Shown here: piece by piece, positions 54,297 through 64,000 of the stretch
Position numbering within the stretch: the stretch's first letter is position 1
Layout of the letters: each line of letters starts with the position of its first letter
Origin: Catajapyx aquilonaris
Taxonomy: Eukaryota
Length of the DNA: 64,000 bases
Direction: 5' to 3'
Assembly (NCBI GenBank): GCA_000934665.2
Contig: JYFJ02001619.1
Span: 1-64,000, forward strand
Made by a program: the position numbers and the translations under genes
The notes under the pieces: model-generated
Database searches by the model: none
Told to the model about the DNA's origin: nothing
What the model saw: only the letters and a program-made list of their open reading frames with translations

Positions 54297-54717
54297 CAGG
54301 GTGTATCTGAACTCAGTGCCCCGACGTATATGACTGACTTCCTAGCCACCAGAGGATCGATTTAAGTATAGGAATCATTATGTTTGGCCGCCGCATTACT
54401 GAGATACTCTCTTTAGCGATTTTTGCCTAATCGCTCCTGACTTTTAAATAGAATTTTCTGGTGTAACCAGCCAAAGAGGCCTTACCACCTGTGGGCAACA
54501 AACCAACAAAGTCCCGCCCCCAGACCTTCCAGAGCCTTCTGACTGGGGGAGGGTTCGATGGGTGGCCTAACCGACAGGATATTTTGTACTACATGTTTGC
54601 GGCCAATTATCTCCGTAATGCGGCGGCCAAACATAATGACTCCTATACTTAAATCGATCCTCTGGTGGCTAGGAAGGCAGTCATATACGTCGGGGCACTG
54701 AGATCAGATACACCCTG
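54297..54717. mobile_element. TA-flanked MITE with ~110-bp near-perfect TIRs (CAGGGTGTATCTGA)
   Basis: TA|CAGGGTGTATCTGAACTCAGTGCCCCGACGTATATGACTG ... CAGTCATATACGTCGGGGCACTGAGATCAGATACACCCTG|TA. Confidence 0.95.
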
Positions 54718-55541
54718 TATATGTAACTTGTAGCCTATTAAAACATTGCTTCTGAATCTTGTTCTGAACTATGTTTACAGACAGCAGACGGGAATGAGAG
54801 CTTCATTCTCGTTTCCTAACTGCAACACGGATTTCAGAGCCGAACTGGAAAGGAACCATTAATAGATGATGAAGCCGTTCCTGCACCTTCGCGGGAAGAT
54901 GGAGATGTCCCTTTAGGCCCGGCAAGAATTGAGTCAGTTCAAATCTTTTGAAAAAAAAAGGAAGGTAAAGGGAGTAGAAAGAAAACGCTAGTGTAATCAC
55001 CTTTGTGCTAGCAAATTGTACAGGAAGAAAAATGAAGCGCTCTCCGTAGTGTACTTTCGTTGACTTTAATCTCACTTTTCATCATTAGAGCTACTTTAGT
55101 TGGACAAAGAGCAGGAGTAGAGGTGTTGAGCGTTTCTTCTTCGGGAAAGTAAAAAATAAAAAAGTCGAGTAATTGAGATGGAGAAGAAAATGTTGTGAGA
55201 TGTTGTTTTGGTCTTTCAAGTGCCCCATGTTTTCTTCTGATGATTAATCACTTGAGAAACGAGTTCACGGTGTAGTGACATGATGGTGTTAAGTTTCTTT
55301 CTTCTCCTGACATTGAAATGACAGGGAAGCACTTCCTCATGGTACCATCACAGTGTAAACAATTTACCATTTTCACATTGCATACAAAGTCTATTGTACT
55401 TAATGTCGTTAGCGTTAAACTAACGGTAACGAGACCCTTCATAGAGTATCTCCTGTACCGAGGACTAAGGTAGATACACGTTAATTTTATAACCTATACT
55501 TGGCCATGGACACTCATCAACAACAACTACTTATCACATGG

Positions 55542-55848
55542 CAACCGAAGCAGTGGTAGCGGAGGAGATATGGTATCCGACTGCTAATCGGGAGGTCCTG
55601 GGTTCGAATCCCGGGGGCCGCCGACCCTGACCGTGGTTTTCTGTGGTTTCCCATGGTCTCACCAGGAAAATTACGGGGTCGTGTCCGTAATTATAGGCCA
55701 CAGCCGCTTCCTTCCGTCCCTATCCCCTCCCCATATAAGAGAAGTAAAAACGAAAGTAAGAGTTCCAGATTTTTTTAAAAATTGTGGTATCCCACCCCCC
55801 TAAGAGGGCTTATGGCTCTAGCACGGGGTACAAATTATTAATTATTAT
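55542..55848 (+). mobile_element. tRNA-derived SINE (head as in 21897, shared tail, no core)
   Basis: B box GGTTCGAATCCC; anticodon-like arm TCCGA CTGCTAA TCGGG; 14-bp TSD TACTTATCACATGG (55528-55541, 55849-55862); (ATT)n tail. Confidence 0.93.
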
Positions 55849-57006
55849 TACTTATCACATGGATATAGAAAAAGTAAAAATATAATCCATACAAGACCAT
55901 AAGTCTAATGTTGGTTCACCTTGCATGAAGCAATATTGAAGGCTTGACCAGTACACAAGCGTTATCACAGCAATAGCAAGGACGATGAAAGGGTTAATAC
56001 AAACTTCATTTTCGGTTGTGATGGTGCATCGATGTGTCCGACATCATAATTAAATTCCACTAATAACCGATTGTTGGTGACTGAAAATAACCGAATCAAA
56101 TTTGTGCGCCGTATGATAGGAATTCACTCTTTCATCAAGTGAATCCCACAATTGAGTAATTACATGTGGTTAGTACACAACAGCGACTACATATATGTCC
56201 GTGAAACCCTGCTTCTGTCAGACTGGACATATGCATAAAACCGGTCCCATTTTTCATCCACCATTTGAAAAGCGCTCCCTTTTTTTGTATATAACTACTC
56301 AACACCCCGTAGGTTTTTCAGTTTTAAAAAAGTGGTTGTGTTGGTTCATCACTGCATCGTTATCCCTCAAAAGTCACCTAATGAGGACGCAATGGAAAGA
56401 AAGTCACGCAGTCTCATTTGTAAGTTAATCTGGATCTTGAATGGCAATGAAATAGAGGGAGACTGCTCCCATGGCATCTGGGGATTTTCTAAGAAGGAAG
56501 AGAGTGTTTTCTCTCTCCTAGCCTTCTTTTTTTTTATTTTTACGGACCAAAACCAGACTCTTCGTCGTTCTAGAAAAGGGGAGAGAGAAGGAGAGAGAGA
56601 GGGAGAGGGAAAGGGAGGGAAAGAGGGAACTCATTACAGGGAGGGGTTGGGGACGAATCCTCCTAAAGGAAATTAAAGTGGCGGTTGATTAGGCTGTGCC
56701 AGATTGATAAAGACGCTGTATGAGGTGTTTTTAATGAGAGTGTGGCGAAGAATATCGCCTCGTTACGGCGTCAAGTGACTGATTACCTTTTCGACGCCCC
56801 GCCAAGTCTTGCTTTTCGCCTCGAGCTTTCCGAACAAGAATAAAGAAATTGAGGTCTTCACAATGCATGAACTATATTTCCGGGATAACTCACATCAAAG
56901 ACTTGTGTATGTCTGACAAAGTCAGAGTGTAATCACTCTTACAATTTGGCTCCACCTTTTTGACTATGAATGTAGTGCTGACTAAAGATTGTGTGGTGTT
57001 TAAACT

Positions 57007-57220
57007 GGAAGGACTTTCGTAATAGGAGACCGAATGTGGCAGGGGTAGGGGCACGCTGTACCAACCTACCCTCATGACCTCACCTTCCTTTCCAGCGGAT
57101 ACACGCATATCCTTAGCCGGACATACGCCTTTCCTTCACGGATTCAATCCTATCCTTCAGCAGATACACGCCTAGTAAAGTATGTAAAATTGCTGGGTCT
57201 CCTATTATGAAAGCATAGTC
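57007..57220 (+). mobile_element. subterminal-IR element with internal 22-bp repeats, copy 4 (4 units)
   Basis: CTTTCGTAATAGGAGAC / GTCTCCTATTATGAAAG (16/17) subterminal IR. Confidence 0.85.
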
Positions 57221-58740
57221 GTTTGAACTTTAGCCAGTAACGAAATAGTCAGCCGACTGTAGTTAGTTTTTAAATAATTCACAAGTGAGGATCGAACTCG
57301 AAATACCCTGGTCCAGATATTGGTCCAGAGCGAACGTTGGGAAATGTTTAATAATTCAACAATGAAATAAATTATTCTGTTTGAGGACTGCGGTATTGCA
57401 ACGTTACTATACTATCAATTTATAATGAAATTGCAATTAATTTTATGAGATAAAAGTATTATTGTAAAAAATGCGGCAGGGGGTATTGATCAGAGTTTAT
57501 TGCTGGTCGTAATATTTTTAATGGATAAGGGTACCGTGTATAGGCCCACTGTTCCACCCCTATACTGTTTCTCTCTAAAAAAGAGTCCATAGGAATTCGG
57601 CATTGATCGCATCATGAGAGAACATAAGGTTGATTGGAGACGGGAAACAGAGTGTTGACTTCATTATCGCATAGTGCTACCAACTTGTATAGTGCCCCGT
57701 TAAAATTTTATGGATCATCTGGCGCATCCAAACTGCCAGGGTTCTATAATGTCAAGAATGCTAGAGGAATTTAGCGTTATGTACCGACTTAATTGGGATT
57801 TCATGACAAAAAGCTGTCCCACTCTTTTTATGTGTTCACTCATTCCATTCCATGCACTGTATATGAAGTTCAATGATATAACTCGCAACAATATTTTAAT
57901 ATGCACACATACAGTATTACACTCGTGTGACCAGCATGGATTAGTGGGCCGTTGTAATATGGATTATATCACATTTGAAATGGTTATAATTAGCACCTTC
58001 ATGAGTGTGCACCTACCAAGTCAAATTCTCGGATAATTATTGTGACTTAGTTGGCCACCAATCCAACCCACTTCTGGAAAGCGCCCGCACTCATGCCATG
58101 AGGGAACATGGAGGCCAGCACGTCTGGTGAAGATTTTTTTCACGTTCCAAGCGAGTCACAGACTGCTGACGAGTGACGAGCTGCGATTCGGCCTTCTGAG
58201 ACAGCGCTTAGAAGGAAGGAAGAAACGCCTTAGTAAGTTGGCCATTTATCACTATCACCAGAACCACGTAAATCAATATGTCTGACAGGCCAGGGCTTCT
58301 GCCGCATACTGCACGTAGGACAAATTTTAGCATAGTAAGAACAAAGTCATTCGCAAAGATTTTGTGTCGTTATTTTTAATTTAATTCAGCTATGTGGGAT
58401 TTGGAATGTTCATTTTGTCGAAATTCGCCTTAGACATAACTAGTGGCACACCCACGCTACTCTCGGCACAGTCACGCTAGATTTCGGGCTGGAATAAATG
58501 AAAGGCTGAAGTGATGAAGGGTTGAGTCATAAAAGGGTTGAGGCATGAAAGTATAGTTTTGCATGTGAAAGTGTGGTACGCGACATGCTGAATAAGATCA
58601 GAAAGGATGCAAATTCCAGACGAAGGATCCGTAGTGGACATAATTAACATGAGACATGATTCATTTATTTCCCAGTTGTCACCTTTATGACACATATAGC
58701 CTGTTAGAGTGAGAGCCTTGAAATATCCGTGTTGAGGAGT

Positions 58741-59310
58741 GTAGGTTGCGAACACATCCACTCACGGAGTACCTCCCAATGATGGTGTGGAAATGGCGAA
58801 GTGACTCGCTAACTATGCCATGGAGGTTGCGAACACACCTACTACTCAAGTGACTACCTCCCGATCACGATCTAAGAATACTCAGGTCTGGTCACTCACA
58901 CCCACCCCCTGCCGGGTAGTTTTGCAGAAGGTGCTCACTTGAGAGCGCCATGAGACATTTCGGAGCCCAGGTAAGTGTCGACCCTACCGGACTAGGCTGA
59001 ACTTTATAGGTACAAAAGGGAAGCGCTACATGGGCGCCGGCGGCCATGTTGGGCCCACATGTAGCGCTTCCCTTTTGTACCTATAAAGTTCAGCCTAGTC
59101 CGGTAGGGTCGCCACATAATTGCTCTGGGAAATGTCTCATGGCGCTCTCAGGTGAGCACCCGCTGCAAAACACCCCATCAGGTAATAAGCCCAGAAGGTA
59201 GGAGTAGTGTCCGTGAGCTGCTCCCGATGATGGTCTGGAAATGACGAAGTCACCCCCTAACGATGGCGTGGAGGTTGCGAAACACCCACTTGCGAACACA
59301 CCCACTCACA
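58741..59310. repeat. ~82-bp tandem repeat interrupted by a ~275-bp palindrome (58908-59182)
   Basis: GAGGTTGCGAACACAC..CTCCCRATGATGGT.TGGAAATG.CGAAGT units on both sides; perfect 54-bp stem at 58979-59032 / 59058-59111. Confidence 0.9.
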
Positions 59311-59411
59311 CATACCTGTCTCGCTTTATAATGGAGATATTATACTAGCATGATTTCAAAATGTCAGTAAGTTTATGAAAATGTGTGAATGGTTGACAGA
59401 GTTTCCAAGCA

Positions 59412-59644
59412 TAGGGTGTTCTAGGTTCGTTTTTAGTCATCATTATTATTGCTCGACGTAGTTATTTTTTGTAGCTTGTTGTGCCCCTATAACCAGGTGC
59501 CCCATTCTATAGAAACTGCTACGAGTATATTCGACCCCCTAGGAGTAACGGGGAAACCTGGATCGGGGCACAACTAGCTACACAAAAATAACTACTATCG
59601 GGATATCAGTGATAAAAAACGACCCACGAATTTGGAACACCCTG
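59412..59644. mobile_element. CAGGGTGTTCCAAATTCG-family MITE, copy 3
   Basis: Right end AAAAAACGACCCACGAATTTGGAACACCCTG|TA; left TIR degraded. Confidence 0.88.
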
Positions 59645-60622
59645 TATATATAGCTCAAGCTAGTTACAGTGTACATCACATAGCACCTGGCTTACTTATC
59701 GTAGGAAGCAAATGAAGAGATGATGGGGCATGAAAGGGAGAGAGGAGGGTGAGCAGCGAGGGAAGGAGAATATTTCCAGGCTGCACAAAGAGGATTTGAA
59801 TGAGACATCGTCGTGGAAACTACTTGAGAGCTTAATTAATATCGCTTTGTGCATTGGAAATTAAGGGATGTAATTAGTGCATGGTTTATGGCGCCAGCAC
59901 AGTAGTTGGGGTAATTACCACAGTAAGCTTACCTAATCTGTCAAGTGTAGTCGCCAACCAGATTACACCTCATAAACATGCATTCTAGGTAAAAAATTAC
60001 CTAGCGCAGTAATAGACAGTAAATCTGAAGTTTTTCTATGACACAACCTGTATGATCACACCTCACCAAAACCTTTTGTGAAAAGTGATCCCCCATTATG
60101 TTCAATATTTTTTTTTGTTCGATTTTTATATCCGACGACAGGTCCCATCGTTTCTCCTAACGCAGCACATTTTGGGGATCTGTCAACCCGATATGGGCTT
60201 CAGTGCTCGCAAGTGCAATATTGATCCTGAGTGATCCTCGGCCATAGGCTCTCATCGGCAGTGCAATCGCGGTATGATTCCAATTATCCCTCGAGAGCGA
60301 TGCACTGTAAGCCACACAACAATTCGAACGCTCTCCAGCATGCCAAACCAAAAACACGCATTTTCATGGGAAGTTAGACCTAACGAAAAAACTGCATGCC
60401 ACATACAGTGTATTATACCCGAGCCAGGTAATGAATACTTCCAACTCTCTGATACCTGCACGTTTAACTGTTATATTAGGCTCGTATCTGTTATTTCTGT
60501 AACAGTTTAAGAGATTCTTGTAAATAACATTTTCAGAGTGATTTTCAAGTGAGTATACTTGCAGGTGAGGCGACATTGCGAGTCAAGTGTCCACAAGATT
60601 TTCATCGATATGGACACGATAC

Positions 60623-60754
60623 GGGGAATGGGGGTCGAATATAGCAGGTGCTATGAAATGGGGCAACTGAATATGGGCACAACAAGCTACAAAAATAACT
60701 GCTATGGGGCGATAGCAGTTATCCAAAAGTGACCCGGATACTTGGAACACCCTG
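60623..60754. mobile_element. CAGGGTGTTCCAAATTCG-family MITE, copy 4 (right half only)
   Basis: GGGGTCGAATATAGCAG..GGGCACAACAAGCTACAAAAATAACTGCTAT..TTGGAACACCCTG|TA. Confidence 0.82.
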
Positions 60755-62135
60755 TATATGCTGTGCTAACCGTGAAACATACACCGCGAGAAGTTAATGC
60801 GCAATGACTAATAAATATCAATAATTGAATGATTTTTGCCAATCAATCAAAGGTTTCGCTACATCTCCGCCACAACTCCAAATGAATCAAGCAAACCAGC
60901 GACTTGTCCACAAAATGACGCTGTTTATAATAACACAAATGAGACTATCTGTTGGTACAAAATCAATAAAAAATTCAAACCCCTTGATTATGCAGGCCCG
61001 TAACAGATTCCGCGATAAATAAAGCGGGAAAAATTGACTCCCGTTTCAGTTTTGCTTACATTATGCGCTTAAACATTTCAGGCCGAACTACTGTTGAAGG
61101 ATAGACAGGAAACACAGACCATGACTTTCAGACCAGAACATATATAACGCAAACTGACAACATTTCACCTACCTGAAGTAAGCAGCCATAAGCCATCAAC
61201 ATCACTCCTCTCCTCAGAGCAGAATCGGACTCAACTTATGCTGATATGTCGCACCTGATTATTTGGATATCCACCGCAGTACTGACAAAATGCCCTTGAT
61301 TTTTTTTCTCTCTCCAAATAGCGGGATGTGGACAACCCTACTTGACTGATGCATTTGAGGCACTCTCAGGGACAACCGAGGTGATGACGATGGTGATAAC
61401 CTCAATATCCTGATGACACGATAGATTTGACAGTTTTTCAGTGGATAGTATCTGTTACCGGCTGGAAGTTGTCACATGAGGTCATGTCGGGTTTAACGAG
61501 GAAAGTGGTGTAGCAAGTTAATTGTACTTCATGATTAACTGACATTTTTATGTATTGAAGTTGGCAAGTATTTGACGAGTAATATGTTTAATACTATTGA
61601 ACGACTCTGAGAGGAATGCTTCAATTAAAAGCATACTGTATATGGTAAACCATACACTGATGGCCCACTGCGCCTTGGTTCTTTAAATATATCGTGTAAA
61701 TGCCCGAATACGAAGAAGTGATCATGTTGTGACACCTGTGGTCCTTGGCTTGAGCTAGGTCGAAAATCAGTCCACAACAGGCAATGCAAGAGCAGGAATG
61801 TCATCTGACACTGAGACCTACTGGTCATGTTGGAATGCAGTTGATAAATGTTAACTTTTTAGCTAGTATATTTTGAGCATAACATACACACAATCAGACA
61901 CATTTGAGTGAATTTGATGCATTGTGAACGGGGACAACCTCAGTTATTAGAAAAATATTTTAGAACATCTACGTGGAAAGAAAAGGTGAGGATATTCATG
62001 TATTACTGAGACCAATCCCCTAAACTGTATTATATGGTGTACGTAGTCAGCAGCACTTTTATGTATAGCATTAACATACTGTCAAAAATATCCGTGAACA
62101 TGCCGTCATACTTTATTACATGATTATTGCATGTA

Positions 62136-62348
62136 CAGGGTCGTGGGTCGTTTTTATAACTGATATCGCCCGATAGTAATTATTTTTCTGCAGCTTGTGC
62201 CCCGATCCATGTTCCCCATTATAGGGGGTCGAATATAGCAGTTGCCAGAGAATGTGGCACCTGGTTAGGGGCATAACAAGCCTCAAAAAACAACTACTAT
62301 CGGGTGATATTAGTTATAAAAAACGACCCGCAAATTTGGTACACCCTG
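62136..62348. mobile_element. CAGGGTGTTCCAAATTCG-family MITE, copy 5
   Basis: TA|CAGGGTCGTGGGTCGTTTTTATAACTGATATC ... AAAAAACGACCCGCAAATTTGGTACACCCTG|TA. Confidence 0.9.
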
Positions 62349-62434
62349 TATAATAATGTTAACATAACATATTTTATAACATGCATTACATAGTATAATA
62401 CTGTATATACGTAGTACCATATCTTCTTGCGGTC

Positions 62435-62692
62435 AGGGCGACACGGTGGCGGAGTAGTTATCGCCGCAGCCTTCCACCTCTAAGGTCCCGAGTTAGATCC
62501 CCGGATCGGATGGGGGATACTTATGTGGATAGAGTTTCGATGGGTTCTCTCCGTGTTCGCATGGGTTTTCTCGTGGTGCTCCCGTTTCCTCCTGCAATCA
62601 AAATCCATCACAGCAAAGGCAATGAGTTAAGACGGTTAATTAAAAATATTATCCCCTAAAAAGCCCAAAGAGGCTTATCACGGGGTATTATC

Positions 62693-62767
<75 letters not shown>

Positions 62768-62774
62768 CATCATC
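62435..62774 (+). mobile_element. tRNA-derived SINE with V-SINE-like central domain and (ATT)n tail
   Basis: A box TGGCGGAGTAG, degenerate B box AGTTAGATCCC; GTTCTCTCCGTGTTCGCATGGGTTTTCTCGTGGTGCTCCCGTTTCCTCC resembles the V domain; shared tail; 14-bp TSD ATCTTCTTGCGGTC (62421-62434, 62775-62788). Confidence 0.9.
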
Positions 62775-64000
62775 ATCTTCTTGCGGTCTGTATATACTTC
62801 ATCTATTAAAGGACAATTTTAAACAGTCTTAGGTAATGCACATGACTTGTTAAGTTTTTTAAAAAGTTGTTACGATCATAGTATGACAACTCTCAGCGTG
62901 CAGGAATTACCACACTTTCCAACAATAAAGAGGTACTTCAACTTTTAAAAATGCAATCTTCTGATACATTAACTTGTTTGAATGCACCATAACATAATAA
63001 GTACTCTAGTAGAGACCCACTTCAACTATGATGGGAGTGAGGTTAAGGGTATGCACGATAATTATCGGTTAACATGCATCGAGGCATGTCGATTGCCACT
63101 CTAAAAGATAGCCTACTCAAATTCCATAATTTTTTGTGCTAACTACTACAATTCCCGGTCCATATTACAAAACTTCAAGTATCTAACTCCCATCATGAAA
63201 ATACCTAAAAAGTTAAACAGTTAGCCTACAGTCTCAGTTCCTCCTGTACCTGTCCTGTACACTATTAAATACAGCAGTGGTGTATACTCCTCCAGTAGCA
63301 AAGGTATTATTATGAAATAAATCCACGAATAACTTCCTCCACATCAAGCAGATAGAGAGGAAAAGGGAGCCGGTTTCAAGCTGGCAGCCGAAATGACACA
63401 AATTCCTCAAAGCCGCAAATGGGAAGGGGTTAATTCTGATTAGTAGTCAGCCTGCAGGGACCCCCGCTTATCAGCTAGTAAAGTAATCTGGCGTAAGTGG
63501 CTTAACTGGCCGAGTGCCTAAACGTGATTCAAAAGAGTGCAATTAAAAATGGATTTTGATCAATTAGAAGTAGCGTTGGGGCAAAACGTATCGACTTCGT
63601 GGCCTAGGCCTTAATTCCAGAGCCGAGATCACAAGGACCGCGTGTACAGTTATTTGAGTTAGGGAATCCACGCCTTGGGCATTCAATAGGGGGGGTTTCG
63701 GGAAATTAGACGGGGACGCATCGATGCTTACATGCAATTATATGTAATAATATCATTCGTTGTATACAGACATAGTATAGACCCCCTGCAGGTACTAAAA
63801 TCCAGTTCGGTGTTAAGTTGGGTTCCTGCTTATATGGCGGACCACTGGTCACTGATAGATCGAGATTTGCCTGAAATGCCTGGAGATGATGGTATATAGT
63901 ACTGGGCAATACTACAACGTCATAATGATTAATTCAAATATTATATTGGTTTAAAATATTTTGTGCACACGTGTACTCCGTTGTGAAAAAAAAAGGTTCA

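Noticed and set aside
55546..55620. tRNA-Ser(GCT)-like anticodon arm (also the tRNA-like heads at 27690, 39480, 62436)
   Set aside because: No acceptor-stem pairing, no long variable arm and no oligo-T terminator; each continues into a SINE body with tail and TSD.
58741..59310. Repeat units with intervening sequence considered as a CRISPR-like array
   Set aside because: Eukaryotic context; the 'spacers' are homologous to each other and no cas genes are present.
60252..60461. Minus-strand peptide AVFSLG..ENACFW..VVW..RGIIG faintly like a maT/rosa transposase segment
   Set aside because: The catalytic DE is missing and motif spacing is too short; needs BLASTX to support.
61164..61540. Partial matches to miR-275 (TACCTGAAGTA) and miR-305 (ATTGTACTTCAT) about 350 bp apart
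   Set aside because: The seed mismatches for the first, the 3' half is absent for the second, and neither has a complementary arm; likely chance.
61625..61828. Minus-strand DHFFVFGHL resembling the transposase DFFLxGxL motif
   Set aside because: A single short motif with no SPDL or other supporting context.

Overview
This is non-coding eukaryotic DNA from an animal; the repeat content suggests an invertebrate, probably an arthropod (inference). I found no intact protein-coding gene, host exon, rRNA, true tRNA or CRISPR array. Nearly all ORFs in the supplied track look spurious. The only convincing protein homology is two dead mariner transposases: an internally deleted irritans/Bytmar-like element at 45237-46124 and an old C-terminal remnant near 30 kb. 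The window is a patchwork of short transposons: at least 7 tRNA-SINE-type copies, many TA-flanked MITEs, a hAT MITE, a Sola-like element, a Harbinger-like MITE, a Helitron-like element and a 4-copy family carrying a variable 22-bp internal repeat. Between them lie stretches with few recognisable repeats that retain CpGs and transcription-factor-like motifs, as in a gene desert or large intron. The most interesting observations are: (i) a modular SINE system in which different heads (one with a V-SINE domain) share a central core and a 3' stem-loop whose sequence covaries while pairing is kept; (ii) two three-level nested insertions, one with its un-interrupted sister copy in the window; (iii) a ~275-bp palindrome with a perfect 54-bp inner stem embedded in a ~82-bp tandem repeat. 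All calls come from reading the sequence by eye; no database searches were run.
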